A DNA stretch of 64,000 nucleotides from Limisphaerales bacterium (GTDB lineage: Bacteria > Verrucomicrobiota > Verrucomicrobiia > Limisphaerales > UBA8199), in contig JBGALR010000003.1 in NCBI GenBank assembly GCA_044223735.1, positions 183,038-247,037 of the forward strand, in the 5' to 3' direction. The translations under genes and the position numbers were made by a program. The notes beneath the pieces were generated by a model. The model had not been told where the DNA came from. It made no database searches and was given only the letters and a program-made list of their open reading frames with translations. Shown here in pieces: positions 8,024-18,652 of the stretch; the first letter of the stretch is position 1; each line of letters opens with the position of its first letter.

Positions 8024-9352
8024 TTACTCGAAATTTTCCACGCGCAGCATCACGGGCGATCCCTTGACGGCTGGCAGCTTGCTGATTTTCGCCAGGGCGC
8101 GCTTCACGGCGCCGTTCGGCGCGTCGTGCAGCATGAAAATCAACGGCACGCTCGCGCCTTCGTGGCCTTCGGGTTGAATCACGGAGGAAATGCCGATGTC
8201 GGCCGCGCCAAAAATCGCCGAGATTTTCGCCAGTACGCCGGGCTTGTCCACCACGCTAAGGCGGACGAAATAGCGGCTGATCACTTCGTCCATCGACGAA
8301 ACCGTGCCGTCATCATCATGCGGCACAAACGGCGGCACTCGATGCTTGGTGCCGAACTTTAAATCGAGCGCCGCGTCCGCGAGGTCGCTCAACACGGCGC
8401 TGGCCGTGGCGTCCTTGCCTGCGCCGCGTCCATAGAACAGCGTGTCGCCGACGACGTCGCCGCGCACGAAGACGGCGTTGAAAACGTGATTTACGCTCGC
8501 GAGCACATGCGAGTTGGGCACCAGCGTCGGATAGACGGACACCTGAATGCGCGCGCCCGCGTCTTTGCCTTTCTGTTTGGCGCCATCCAGCTTTTTAATG
8601 ATGCCCAGCAGCTTGATGGTGTAGCCCAGTTGCGCGGCGAATTGAATGTCCACCTTGGTGATGGGCCGAATGCCTTCGACGTGGACGTTTTCCGGTTTCA
8701 CCCAAAATCCGTGCGCCAGCGAGGCGAGGATGCCGATTTTATGTTGCGCGTCGTAGCCATCCACGTCGAGCGACGGCTCGGCTTCCGCGTAGCCCTGCGC
8801 CTGTGCGTCTTTCAGGACGTCCGCGAAATCCGCGCCCTCGAGCTTCATGCGCGTGAGGATGTAATTGCAGGTGCCGTTGACGATGCCGTAGAGATGCGTG
8901 ATGCGGTTGCCGACGAAACCTTCGCGCAACGCCTTGATGATCGGGATGCCGCCGCAGACGCTCGCTTCGTAGTAAAGATTTGTGCCGTGCCGTTGCGCGG
9001 CGGCGAACAACTCCTCGCCATGCGCGGAAATGAGCGCCTTGTTGGCTGTAACCACCGGCTTGCCGAGCTTGAGCGCGGTCAAAATGATCGTTTTGGCGAG
9101 ATTGGTGCCGCCGACGAGTTCCGCGACGATATCGACCTCGGGATCGTTGACGACGGTCTGCCAGTCAGTCGTCATGACCGAGCGCGAAATCGGATAAGGA
9201 CGAGGTTCGTCAAAGGCCTTAACCGCGACTTTGCGGACGGAGACTTTGACGCCAATTCGCGAAGCCATAAGGCCGCCGTTGCGCTGAAGTGCATGAAACA
9301 CTCCGCTGCCAACGGTGCCGCCGCCAATCATTCCCAAGGTTACCTGCTGCAT
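8024..9352 (-). CDS. hom: Homoserine dehydrogenase
   Basis: Start chosen at ATG 9352 ('MQQVTLGMIGGGTVGSGV', the NAD-binding GxGxxG). There is a C-terminal ACT-like domain. The upstream 193 codons of the 635-aa ORF look non-coding. Confidence 0.9.
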   Translation of the reverse strand: MQQVTLGMIGGGTVGSGVFHALQRNGGLMASRIGVKVSVRKVAVKAFDEPRPYPISRSVMTTDWQTVVNDPEVDIVAELVGGTNLAKTIILTALKLGKPVVTANKALISAHGEELFAAAQRHGTNLYYEASVCGGIPIIKALREGFVGNRITHLYGIVNGTCNYILTRMKLEGADFADVLKDAQAQGYAEAEPSLDVDGYDAQHKIGILASLAHGFWVKPENVHVEGIRPITKVDIQFAAQLGYTIKLLGIIKKLDGAKQKGKDAGARIQVSVYPTLVPNSHVLASVNHVFNAVFVRGDVVGDTLFYGRGAGKDATASAVLSDLADAALDLKFGTKHRVPPFVPHDDDGTVSSMDEVISRYFVRLSVVDKPGVLAKISAIFGAADIGISSVIQPEGHEGASVPLIFMLHDAPNGAVKRALAKISKLPAVKGSPVMLRVENFE

Positions 9353-9526
9353 AGTGGGCGCGAAGCTTGCCCGGAATGAGGGCAGGGGACAATCCAATTT
9401 TGACATCCAATTTTGCGGACGGGCGGTCTGGCGGGCTGTCCGCCAAATGACAGTGGAGCGCTCCGGGATTGAGACTGGTCCGGTACAATCTCCTTGAATT
9501 GAACGCCTCGCCTCCGCAAGTTCGGG

Positions 9527-11251
9527 TTGATCATGCAATTTCTGACCCGTTATCTCGACCGCCTGCCCAGGCAAAGTCAGGCCGTATTGAAAACGTGTCT
9601 TTACGGTGTCGTCGCGGGTGCTGCCACGGTGGTGTTTCAGCTCGGCATGAATTGGATTTACGAGTTGGGCCTGGTGCGACTCTCGCATAATCCGCTGCCG
9701 ATATTCCTCGCGGGCAGTTTCGCTGTGATCATGAGTTCGTCGCTCCTGGTCGGCTGGTTGTTGACGTCCTTTTGCCCGGAAGCGGCGGGCAGCGGCATCC
9801 CCCAACTCAAGCTGGCGTTCTGGAAGGATTTCGGCACGGTGCCGTTTCGTGTGGCCTGGGTAAAGTTTATCGCCGGCATGGTCAGCATCGGCGGCGGCTC
9901 GAGCATGGGCCGCGAAGGGCCAAGCGTTCAACTGGCCGGCGCCTTGGCGTCAAATGTGGCTGGCTGGACCGGCGAGCCAAAACAAAAACGGCGCGCCGGC
10001 ATGGCGGCGGGGGCGGCGGCAGGCCTCGCGGCGGCGTTCAACACTCCTCTCGCAGCGGCTACATTCGTCCTCGAAGAAATCATCGGCGACCTGAACAGCC
10101 GATTTTTAGGCAGCATCCTGCTGGCGTCTGTACTCGGGGCGCTTATCGTTCACGGAGCGATTGGGGCCCAGCCCTCCTTTACACTGCCCACCTCTGATAG
10201 CGCTTCCTGGATCGGCTACTTGCTGACACCCGTGGTCGCCGCGCTGGCCAGCGTCGTTGGTGTGTTTTTTCAGCGAGCGTCGCTTGGACTGCGACAGCAC
10301 TTAAAGAACAGCCGGACCGTTCCACGCTGGATGCTGCCCGCCGTGGGCGGCCTGATTACGTGGGTGTTGGGCGTGCTGGTTTTTTGGCGAACGCAAAAAC
10401 TCGGCGTTTTTAGCCTTGGTTACACCGATTTATCCAGCGCACTGGCGGGCGACATTGGCTGGCAACTCGCCGGCATTCTTCTCTTAACAAAATTTGTGGC
10501 CACCTTTTGCTGCTACGGCTTCGGTGGCTGCGGCGGTATTTTTTCCCCCGCGCTGTTTTTTGGCGGCATGACCGGCATCCTGATTTCCGGGTTGGTCAGC
10601 ACCCAGTGGCCGATGACGCAAGCGGATCACGTTACCCTCGCAGTGGTGGGCATGAGCGCCTGCCTCGGGGCCGTGGTTTGGGCGCCGGTGACGGGGATCT
10701 TGATCGTGTTTGAAATGACCCACCAGTTTTCGCTCGTTCCCGCACTGATGATCGCCGCGCTCGTTAGCCAGGCCGTCAGTCGCAAGATGAATCGCGAGAA
10801 TTTCTACGAAGCGCTGCTGACCCAGGATGGGCACCGCATCGAGCACGTCCGGCCGCCGCGCGACTTGCAAAGCTGGCAGCAAATGCCGGTGTCGGCCATC
10901 GCCAATTTTCAACCGGTGGTATTGCCAAACCTTGACGCCGCCACCATCACGCAAACACTGGCCGCTCATCCGTACGAACGATTTCCGGTGGTCGCTGACG
11001 ACAAAATCGACGGCGTGCTCACGCGCAAGGAAGTCCTGGCCGCACAGGCGGAAAAACGCGCGCCTCGAAAGGAGTCCGCCCCCAGCTGTCTCCCGCACCA
11101 AACCATCGCCGAATTGCAGCGTCTGCTGATCGAATCGCCCCTGCAACTGGTAGTGGTCGTGGATCAGCCGGGAGGCAAAGTGCTGGCGGTGGTGACGCTT
11201 CACGACTTGCTGCGGGCGCAAGTCGCAAACGCCGAACAAAGTGGAGGTTAA
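9527..11251 (+). CDS. ClC-family chloride channel / H+-Cl- antiporter with two C-terminal CBS domains
   Basis: 'GSGIPQ', 'GREGPSVQ' and 'GGIFSPALFFG' selectivity-filter motifs. The CBS-like pair lies after residue ~440. Confidence 0.9.
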   Translation: MIMQFLTRYLDRLPRQSQAVLKTCLYGVVAGAATVVFQLGMNWIYELGLVRLSHNPLPIFLAGSFAVIMSSSLLVGWLLTSFCPEAAGSGIPQLKLAFWKDFGTVPFRVAWVKFIAGMVSIGGGSSMGREGPSVQLAGALASNVAGWTGEPKQKRRAGMAAGAAAGLAAAFNTPLAAATFVLEEIIGDLNSRFLGSILLASVLGALIVHGAIGAQPSFTLPTSDSASWIGYLLTPVVAALASVVGVFFQRASLGLRQHLKNSRTVPRWMLPAVGGLITWVLGVLVFWRTQKLGVFSLGYTDLSSALAGDIGWQLAGILLLTKFVATFCCYGFGGCGGIFSPALFFGGMTGILISGLVSTQWPMTQADHVTLAVVGMSACLGAVVWAPVTGILIVFEMTHQFSLVPALMIAALVSQAVSRKMNRENFYEALLTQDGHRIEHVRPPRDLQSWQQMPVSAIANFQPVVLPNLDAATITQTLAAHPYERFPVVADDKIDGVLTRKEVLAAQAEKRAPRKESAPSCLPHQTIAELQRLLIESPLQLVVVVDQPGGKVLAVVTLHDLLRAQVANAEQSGG

Positions 11252-11349
11252 GTTGGCGCGAAAAAAACAATTCACGCATAGTATCTTATGATTCTGTTAT
11301 TGAAACTCGGTGTGGCGGTGGCCTTCGGGCTGGTGATGCTGGCCTTACT

Positions 11350-11742
11350 GTGAACCGGCTGCTCTACTTGCGGGACAACTTATTTTTTTCGGCCTGCTCG
11401 CTGTATGCGATCAACCGTTGGGCGCTCAAGCCGCGCATTCACGGCGGATTTTTGCACAATCATTTCAATGACCTGCTGTTGATCCCATGCGCGTTGCCCG
11501 TTTTGCTGCTGATGCAGCGCGCCATGGGATTGCGCAGGGACGATCGGCTGCCGACCTTTGGCGAAATCGCCCTCTATCTTTGCGTATGGTCCATTCTGTT
11601 TGAGTGGATGGGGCCGCATCTTTTCCGTCGAGCGGTGGGTGATCCGTGGGATGTGGCCGCCTACGTCGTGGGCGGAATTTTGGCCGGTTTGTGGTGGCAA
11701 CGAAATCGCCTCGGCCGGTTCGGGATATCTCGTGAGCTTTGA
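11350..11742 (+). CDS. Hypothetical small membrane protein
   Basis: GTG start. Three to four hydrophobic segments. Overlaps the next gene by 11 nt. Confidence 0.45.
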   Translation: MNRLLYLRDNLFFSACSLYAINRWALKPRIHGGFLHNHFNDLLLIPCALPVLLLMQRAMGLRRDDRLPTFGEIALYLCVWSILFEWMGPHLFRRAVGDPWDVAAYVVGGILAGLWWQRNRLGRFGISREL

Positions 11743-12367
11743 CAAACTCGCGCCGCACTATCGGTGGATGGAGTTTGTGCTGGCGGGCGAAAAACTCCAG
11801 CGGGCGCGAACGGCGTTCCTGCCTCAAGTCACCGACGCGCAACGGATTTTGATTTTGGGAGAGGGGAACGGGCGTTTTCTCACCGCGTGCCGGCACGCGC
11901 TGCCGAATGCCCGCATCACTTGCGTGGATGCCAGCGCTCGCATGCTCGCTATCGCCCGAAGTCGATTGATGGGGACTGGACAGAGCCTGAACAAAGTTGA
12001 GTTTGTGACGGCCAATGCTTTAATGTGGCCGGCCCCGGCAAATTCATTCGACCTGATCGTGACGCACTTTTTTCTCGATTGCTTTGCGCCGCAGGAACTC
12101 GATCACGTCGTGACAAATCTGGCGCGCGCCGCCCGCCCGAAAGCCGCGTGGCTGCTTGCGGACTTCCAAACACCGGCGGGTGGCGTCGCCCGGTATCGCG
12201 CGGTGGCGATTCACCGACTGATGTATTTTTTCTTTCGCGCTGTTACCGGACTGTCAGCGCGCAAACTAACCAACCCCGACGCTCTGTTTCAAAGGCATGG
12301 CTTTGCTTTGCGAGATCGAAGCGTCAGCGACTGGGGTCTTTTGCGAGCGGATTGGTGGCAGCGCTGA
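11732..12367 (+). CDS. Class I SAM-dependent methyltransferase
   Basis: In-frame GTG at 11732 ('VSFDKLAPHYRWMEF'). Motif I is 'ILILGEGNGRF'. 'FDLIVTHFFLDCF' is also present. Confidence 0.75.
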   Translation: MSFDKLAPHYRWMEFVLAGEKLQRARTAFLPQVTDAQRILILGEGNGRFLTACRHALPNARITCVDASARMLAIARSRLMGTGQSLNKVEFVTANALMWPAPANSFDLIVTHFFLDCFAPQELDHVVTNLARAARPKAAWLLADFQTPAGGVARYRAVAIHRLMYFFFRAVTGLSARKLTNPDALFQRHGFALRDRSVSDWGLLRADWWQR

Positions 12368-12455
12368 GCTTGGGAGAAAGCGATGGACACCCCCGGGGGA
12401 CTTCGGCAGATTTTCGGGCGGTAATGACAGCCCTTTTTCTGATTGAGGCACCAGG

Positions 12456-13433
12456 ATGAAGTCCGCCTTGCTACGCTTCTACCGGGCCGCTCAATGCCTG
12501 AAGATTTCCAAATGCCCTGCGACGCTGGCACGGCTCTCGCGCTTCCCCAAACTGGACCTTTCCATTTTCGCGGCCGACACCAGCCCTTCACGCATCCTGA
12601 TCAAGGGCACGCAAGTGGACGCAACGGCGCCGGGCCGGGAATTCCTGCTGCAAGGTTCCGAGCAGGTCGCGCGCTTGTTGCGTGAGGCCAAGGCGGCGTT
12701 CTCCCCATTGCCTGACGGTGTGTTGCTCGAGGTCGGCGGGGTGAAATTGAAAATCCAGACGTGGGAGGAGTTGTTTATTGCCACGGAGGTGTTCTGCGAA
12801 GGTGTCTATAATGTGAGCATCGGAGGCCCTTTTGTCCTCATCGATATCGGAATGAATGTGGGCACGACCTCGCTGTTTTTTGCGCGCCAAGCCGGGTGTC
12901 GAGCAGTGTGCGCGTATGAGCTGTTTCCAAAAACGGCCGCGCGAGCCCGGGCTAACTTTGCGCTTAATCCAGACATCGCCGGTAAAATTGAAACGACGGT
13001 GAAAGGGCTGGCCGCCAAAACGTCCTCCGACGAGTTGGATTACAACGAAGAATTCAAAGGCAGCATCGGCCGCGAAGGCCTGCCCGACTACTCGCATTCG
13101 TGCAAGGTTCAATATGAAAAAGTGCGGGTTGAGTTTATCTGCTCCGCTGAGGTGTTCGCCGCCATTGGAAAGAAACACGCCGGCATGAAACTGGTGTGCA
13201 AAGTGGATTGCGAGGGCGCGGAATACGAAATCCTCGAAACACTGGATGGTGCGGGACTAGTGCCTCAAGTCGACTGCTTTATGATCGAGTGGCATAAAAG
13301 AGGCCCTCGCCCCATCGAAACACTGCTGCAAAAGAACGGTTTTGCGCATTTGTCCGTGGATCCGACCGCCCCTCATCATGGCATGATCTACGCCTGGCGA
13401 ACCGCCGACCCAGCATTCAGGCCACTGGGATGA
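12456..13433 (+). CDS. FkbM-family methyltransferase
   Basis: 'VLIDIGMNVGTTSLFFARQAGCRAVCAYELFPKTAARARANF' and '...KVDCEGAEYEIL' are typical FkbM motifs. Confidence 0.75.
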   Translation: MKSALLRFYRAAQCLKISKCPATLARLSRFPKLDLSIFAADTSPSRILIKGTQVDATAPGREFLLQGSEQVARLLREAKAAFSPLPDGVLLEVGGVKLKIQTWEELFIATEVFCEGVYNVSIGGPFVLIDIGMNVGTTSLFFARQAGCRAVCAYELFPKTAARARANFALNPDIAGKIETTVKGLAAKTSSDELDYNEEFKGSIGREGLPDYSHSCKVQYEKVRVEFICSAEVFAAIGKKHAGMKLVCKVDCEGAEYEILETLDGAGLVPQVDCFMIEWHKRGPRPIETLLQKNGFAHLSVDPTAPHHGMIYAWRTADPAFRPLG

Positions 13434-14950
13434 GCCGGGTCCGGAATTACTTTCACGCGATTTGGTCGGGCTACCTGCTGACGATCGTCATCTCGCTGCT
13501 CAACCTGCTCACGATCCCCATCGCGGTGGCGGTGCTGGGAAAATCCGGGTACGGCCTGTGGTGCGCTGTGATGCAACTGGCGGCTTTCACCAGCATTTTC
13601 GATCTCGGCCTGGGCCCTTCCATGGCCCGTTTTTTTACCGACTACAAGGACAGCCATGATCACCGCGCGTATGGCGACTTCGTAAAGTCCTTGTTTCTCG
13701 TGGGCGTACTGCAAGGTGTGCTCTTCGCGATCGTCGCGCTCTGTGCCATGCCGTTTTTGCCCGGCCTGATGGGCATCGATTCGGAACAGGCGCAACAATA
13801 CAGAACCCTGCTGCTCTTGCAGTTCGCCACCAGCGCGCTGAGTTTTCCGTTGCGGCCATTGAACCAGCTTTTGTTCGCCAACCAGCAAATCGCCCGGCAA
13901 AACGGTTGTTACATCGTGGCGACCCTCATCAACGCCGCCGTGTTGATTTCAGGCCTGGCTTTGGGCTGGGGAATTTATTCCTACATCGCCGCCGGATGGA
14001 CCGCCTTCGTCGTGAATCAAAGCGGGCTGCTGTATTACGTGGTCAAGCTGAAGCTGATGCCGCCATTGCGCGAGGCCAGAATCTCGCTCAAAATTCTCAA
14101 ACCGATGGCCGTTTTTTCCGGTAGCGTGTTCATGACTTCGCTGGGCACTCAACTTATCAACCTCGCGCCAGGTTTGCTGATCACCCGTAAACTGGGTGTG
14201 CCCGCCCTCGCGGAATGGACGGTCGGAACGCGCCTGGTATTGCTTGCCGCGCAATTGATCGGTCGTATTCCAAACGCCTCGGAACCGGTATTTTGGGAAA
14301 TGTTCGCGCGGCAGGAATTTTCGCGCGTGCGGCAGCGTCTGTTGGAGCTGGTCCTGCTCGCCGGTTCCGCGGTGGCCCTGCTCGGCGGGTGTCTCGCGGC
14401 CACGAACACTCCATTTGTTGCCTTCTGGATGGCGTCCCGCGTGCAATGGATGACGGGCACCGACGTCATTCTCGTCGCCTGGGTATTGGTGTCCATCACC
14501 GCCGTGGTCTTTAACATGGTTCCCGGCATGACGAAGCATCTCGGTTCCATGACGTTCGTCTACCTGACCGAAGGCGGCCTCATGGTTGCCCTTGCCTTCC
14601 TGCCCTTCGTGCGATTGGGTGCGTTTTGGCAGGTCGCGCTCGTGTTGCTCGTCTTCGAGTGCCTGTTTCGATTTCCTTATGGCTTGTGGCGAACGTGGCG
14701 TGATTTGCAAATTCCGATCCGAGTCCTCGCCGCCGCGCTGGCCCGCACCTTCGGGGTTGCGACGCTGCTGTTGTGCGTCGCGGGGGTTCTAAGGAAAGTG
14801 ACCGCTCCTCTGTCTCCGATCGCTCAGGTCGTTATCAACGGGCTGGTGTATGTAGCGATCGCCTTGCCGGCAATATATTATATCAGCCTTCCCGGCGAAC
14901 CCCGCCACCGGATTTATCAAGCGGTGCTGCGACGATTGGGACGAGCCTGA
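13430..14950 (+). CDS. Polysaccharide flippase (Wzx/PST, MOP superfamily)
   Basis: 506 aa with about 12-14 hydrophobic segments. ATGA overlap with the preceding gene. Glycan-cluster context. Confidence 0.7.
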   Translation: MSRVRNYFHAIWSGYLLTIVISLLNLLTIPIAVAVLGKSGYGLWCAVMQLAAFTSIFDLGLGPSMARFFTDYKDSHDHRAYGDFVKSLFLVGVLQGVLFAIVALCAMPFLPGLMGIDSEQAQQYRTLLLLQFATSALSFPLRPLNQLLFANQQIARQNGCYIVATLINAAVLISGLALGWGIYSYIAAGWTAFVVNQSGLLYYVVKLKLMPPLREARISLKILKPMAVFSGSVFMTSLGTQLINLAPGLLITRKLGVPALAEWTVGTRLVLLAAQLIGRIPNASEPVFWEMFARQEFSRVRQRLLELVLLAGSAVALLGGCLAATNTPFVAFWMASRVQWMTGTDVILVAWVLVSITAVVFNMVPGMTKHLGSMTFVYLTEGGLMVALAFLPFVRLGAFWQVALVLLVFECLFRFPYGLWRTWRDLQIPIRVLAAALARTFGVATLLLCVAGVLRKVTAPLSPIAQVVINGLVYVAIALPAIYYISLPGEPRHRIYQAVLRRLGRA

Positions 14951-14957
14951 GCCGCTC

Positions 14958-16004
14958 TCAGCGCGCATTCAAACATTCCGCGTATAGCTCCTGATATCGC
15001 TTCGCAACCACCGTCCAGGAAAGCTGGTTCACAGCCCGCTGCCGTCCCGCCAGGCCAATCTCCCGGCGGCGTGTCGTGTCGCCTAAAAGGTGTTCCAAGG
15101 CGGCGAGGGATTCGTCGACGGCGCCCGGCTTGCAATACACAGCGCTATCGCCGGCATATTCACGGACCGCCGGCAGGTCACTGACCAACACGGGAACTCC
15201 ACAAGCCATCCCTTCCAGCAAGGCATTGTTTGCGCTCGCGTCCATGAGCGGCAAAAAGACAACGGACGCCTGCCGGTATAATTCCCGCAATTGTAAATCC
15301 GTCAATCCATGCAAGAAACGAACCCGGGAGCCCAGCGCCGCCTCGACGCGAGTCCGCACTGCGCCCACGGTCGCCGGCAACGCCGTCACAGCGAACTCCG
15401 CCTCCGGATTTTTCTTGCCGAGGCGAATCGCCACTTCAGCCCAAAGGTCATAATCCCGCAACCAATTCCCCACCGTCAGCACCAACGGTCTTTGCGGGGC
15501 GCCGGTCGGCGGCTGAAAAAAGTCGACGTCGATTCCGTGCGGGATAATCCGCAACCGCTTCGGATCGCAAAATGGACGGTAATCGTTGAGGGAGTTCGAC
15601 GCCAGCAACACCACGCGTTCAGCCTCGCGGAGCGCGCGGAAGAAGTCGGCGAACGCGGGATTGTTCGCGATTTGGCGGAGACTTTCCCCCGGCTGATGAC
15701 ACGTTAGCACCAGCGAATGTTTTCCCTTCCACAAATCGCCCTGAAACAGCGAGTTTTCCGGATAAATATAGTGCACGCATTGCGGCTCCACGCTGGCGAA
15801 GACCGGGCGCAACTGCCGTTCCCGCCAGCGCAGCCAGCGGCGTTCCAATCGTTCATGCCACGTTTGATTGAGCCGTTTCCCCAGCGGAAAGGAGGCATCG
15901 ATCACGCGGCAACCTTCGGCGTAGCGCAGCAGCCGGTGAAACGAGGAATATCGCCCGTGATGGCGAAAGGAAAAACTGTAAAGCGTGACACGCGGCTTAC
16001 TCAT
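14958..16004 (-). CDS. Glycosyltransferase family 4 (GT-B)
   Basis: The C-terminal 'FLPLMDASANNALLEGMACGVPVLVSD' is the EX7E-type GT4 motif region. Confidence 0.8.
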   Translation of the reverse strand: MSKPRVTLYSFSFRHHGRYSSFHRLLRYAEGCRVIDASFPLGKRLNQTWHERLERRWLRWRERQLRPVFASVEPQCVHYIYPENSLFQGDLWKGKHSLVLTCHQPGESLRQIANNPAFADFFRALREAERVVLLASNSLNDYRPFCDPKRLRIIPHGIDVDFFQPPTGAPQRPLVLTVGNWLRDYDLWAEVAIRLGKKNPEAEFAVTALPATVGAVRTRVEAALGSRVRFLHGLTDLQLRELYRQASVVFLPLMDASANNALLEGMACGVPVLVSDLPAVREYAGDSAVYCKPGAVDESLAALEHLLGDTTRRREIGLAGRQRAVNQLSWTVVAKRYQELYAECLNAR

Positions 16005-16156
16005 GATGCGGACAGTCGTATTTCATGTGTCGCCGCCGAGGCTAGGGATTTATTGCCAGGCGTGCAACCGCCTCCTCGCCGGTGAATTTCGCCGAAGTTT
16101 GCCTTGTGCGCCAGACCCCGCCCTTCCTACCATAATTAAACCAGTCATCACCGCGC

Positions 16157-17296
16157 ATGAAAGTCGCACTCCTCACCACGGACAATCGCGAGGATACGCG
16201 GACATATGATGCGCCCGCCCCGTTTTTCGGCACCGCACCCGAAGCCTTGCTGAAAGGATTTGCCGCCCTGCCGGACGTGGAGGTCCACATCATTTCCTGT
16301 GCCCAGGCGCCTATGAAATCGCCGGAAAAACTTGCGCCCAACATTTTTTTTCACAGCGTTTATGTGCCCAGGAACGGCTGGATGCGCACCGCCTACCACG
16401 GCTGCATTCGCGCGGTGCGGCGCAAGCTGCGGCAAATCCACCCCGATATCGTGCACGGCCAGGGCACGGAGCGCGACTGCGCGTTGACGGCCGCATTTTC
16501 CGGTTTTCCCAACCTCCTCACGATTCATGGCAACATGCGGCGCATTGCCCGTGTGAGCCGCGCCAAGCCCTTTTCGTTTCTCTGGCTCGCGGCCTGGCTG
16601 GAGCGTTTCACCGTTCCGCGGGCCCGCGGCGTGATTTGCATCACGCAACACACCCGGCACGCCGTGGCCGGCCTGGCCCGCCGCACCTGGCTGGTTCCAA
16701 ATGCGGTCGATCCCTCGTTCTTCGAGGTCAACGCGAATTCCCCGCCGGGTCAGCCGCCAAAAATCCTGTGCGTCGGCGATGTTTATCCGCTTAAGAATCA
16801 AAACGCGTTCATTCGCGCGTTGGATCCCATCGCGGCAAAACAGAAATTCGACCTCCGCTTTCTCGGCCGGGTCGATGAATCCTCCGCTTATGGGAAGGAA
16901 TTTTTCGAACTGCTCAAAACCCGCGCCTGGTGCCAGTACGGCGGTTTCACGGATCGCGAAGGTTTGAAAATGCAACTACGAGAGGCCGCGTTGCTGGCAC
17001 TGCCCTCGCTCGAGGAAAATTGCCCCATGGTAATCCTGGAAGCCATGGCCGCCGGGGTCGCCGTGGCCGCCGCGCGGGTGGGCGGCGTCCCCGATTTGAT
17101 CCAAGGGGCCACGACCGGTTTTCTGTTTGAGCCCATGGACGAACTAAGCATTCGCTCGGCAGTGGCGAAAGCGCTCGCGGACATTTCCGCGACCCGCGGA
17201 CTGGCGCAGGAGGCGAAGCGACAGGCGATAGAACGGTTTCATCCCGACGTCATCGCCCGACGGCATCTTGAGATATATCAGGAGGTTCTCAAGTGA
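16157..17296 (+). CDS. Glycosyltransferase family 4 (GT-B)
   Basis: 'LALPSLEENCPMVILEAMAAGVAVAAARVGGVPDLI'. Confidence 0.85.
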   Translation: MKVALLTTDNREDTRTYDAPAPFFGTAPEALLKGFAALPDVEVHIISCAQAPMKSPEKLAPNIFFHSVYVPRNGWMRTAYHGCIRAVRRKLRQIHPDIVHGQGTERDCALTAAFSGFPNLLTIHGNMRRIARVSRAKPFSFLWLAAWLERFTVPRARGVICITQHTRHAVAGLARRTWLVPNAVDPSFFEVNANSPPGQPPKILCVGDVYPLKNQNAFIRALDPIAAKQKFDLRFLGRVDESSAYGKEFFELLKTRAWCQYGGFTDREGLKMQLREAALLALPSLEENCPMVILEAMAAGVAVAAARVGGVPDLIQGATTGFLFEPMDELSIRSAVAKALADISATRGLAQEAKRQAIERFHPDVIARRHLEIYQEVLK

Positions 17297-17416
17297 ACCT
17301 TTGATTGGGCCTTCAAAAAAGAGGTTGCCGCTCGTCCCCTGGAAAACCATGATACCGCCGTAAATGGCTCCCCGATTCGTCTCCGGTAACACTGCGCGCG
17401 AACGGCGGGCGCACGC

Positions 17417-18445
17417 ATGAATCCGCCACCATTGGTCAGCGTCCTGGTTCCGAGTTATAACGCCGCCCGATATCTCCCGGACCTGTGCGAGACTTTAAAG
17501 GCGCAAACGTACCCGCATTTCGAAGTTCTTATTGCGGACGATGGCTCCACCGACAAGACCACGGCGATTCTTGAACCCTTTCTCCAGGACCAGCGATTCC
17601 GCTGCCTCGGGTGGAAAAAGAATCGCGGCCTCAACCAGGGCCTCGCGATTCTTTGCGATACGGCAGCCGGGAAATACTGGTGTTCCCCGGGCGCGGACGA
17701 CCTGCTCCATCCCGATTTTCTGGAGAAGCGGGTGAAACTCCTCGAGGCAAATCCGCAGGCATTTGGGCTTCACGGTCCGGCGGAATTGATCGACGAAAAC
17801 GGCGGCCCCACCAAACGCGGCCCCATTCCCCTCGCGCTTCCCGCCGAATTAGGGCCGCCGCGCTGCGTTGAGGTGCTGATGCAGCACAATGTAATCATCC
17901 AACCCTCGGCGGTTTTCCGCACCAGCGTCACCCGCCAGGTCCTGCCTTTTTATTCCTGGAATTGGGAATACGCTCCCGATTGGTTTCTTTGGATTTTGCT
18001 GGCCGCCACCGGCCGGGATTTGCTGTTCGACACCGAAGTGTTGATGAAGTATCGCGTGCACGGCAGTTCGCTCAGCGGGGTTCCGGAAAAAGACCACCTC
18101 CGCCGCGCCGAACGACGCCTCGCCCCGCTGGTGGCGCTGAAAACCGCCGCCGGCTATTCCCAGTGGGCCGCGCAAAGCTGGAGTCGGTGGGGGAAGATTC
18201 TTTACCGGCGCTGGTTGCGTCAGGCGCTGGCGTTGCGCTCGCGCGGCGGATTGCGGGACGTTTGGGTCCAGCTTGCCGCGCACTCCTACTACGGGGCGGC
18301 GGGTAAACCGGTGTCGTTTCCCCTCGAAGTTCTCAAGCACGGGCCCGGCATCGTCTGTTCCGATCGCGCCCACCAAAGCGCGTTGAAGCGACAAAAGTTT
18401 CCCGTCTCCGGCCTGGCCGAAGTGGACGATCCCATTTTCCGGTGA
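17417..18445 (+). CDS. Glycosyltransferase family 2
   Basis: 'VSVLVPSYNAARYLPDLCETLKAQTYPHFEVLIADDGSTDKT' and 'SPGADDLL' (the DxD region). Confidence 0.85.
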   Translation: MNPPPLVSVLVPSYNAARYLPDLCETLKAQTYPHFEVLIADDGSTDKTTAILEPFLQDQRFRCLGWKKNRGLNQGLAILCDTAAGKYWCSPGADDLLHPDFLEKRVKLLEANPQAFGLHGPAELIDENGGPTKRGPIPLALPAELGPPRCVEVLMQHNVIIQPSAVFRTSVTRQVLPFYSWNWEYAPDWFLWILLAATGRDLLFDTEVLMKYRVHGSSLSGVPEKDHLRRAERRLAPLVALKTAAGYSQWAAQSWSRWGKILYRRWLRQALALRSRGGLRDVWVQLAAHSYYGAAGKPVSFPLEVLKHGPGIVCSDRAHQSALKRQKFPVSGLAEVDDPIFR

Positions 18446-18652
18446 CGTCCTGTCACTGGCATTATCCCTCCGCAAATCATTCCGGTGACCTGAGGCCGCT
18501 CGAATATTGCCGTTGCAAAATTGACAATCAACAAGCCGCTCCAATAAGCTTCGCCTGCCGTGCTAAACCGCATTCTGACCGTCGATGAACGGAAATGGTC
18601 CTGCGCCCGCTGCCCACTCCAGCCGAAGCGGGCACTGAACCATCCGTAAGCA

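Noticed and set aside
6820-9379. 236-aa and 297-aa plus-strand ORFs (6820..7530, 8486..9379), among others
   Set aside because: They are antisense to lysC and hom. Their repetitive H/D/V/G-rich translations are shadow ORFs.
9353-9931. N-terminal 193 codons of the 635-aa ORF 8024..9931
   Set aside because: The homoserine dehydrogenase NAD-binding motif begins right after the ATG at 9352. The upstream part overlaps the ClC gene start region, is Arg/His/Gln-rich, and resembles no known extension.
11558-11731. Upstream 58 codons of the methyltransferase ORF
   Set aside because: They overlap the preceding membrane-protein gene in another frame. The in-frame GTG at 11732 gives a normal-length methyltransferase with an 11-nt gene overlap.
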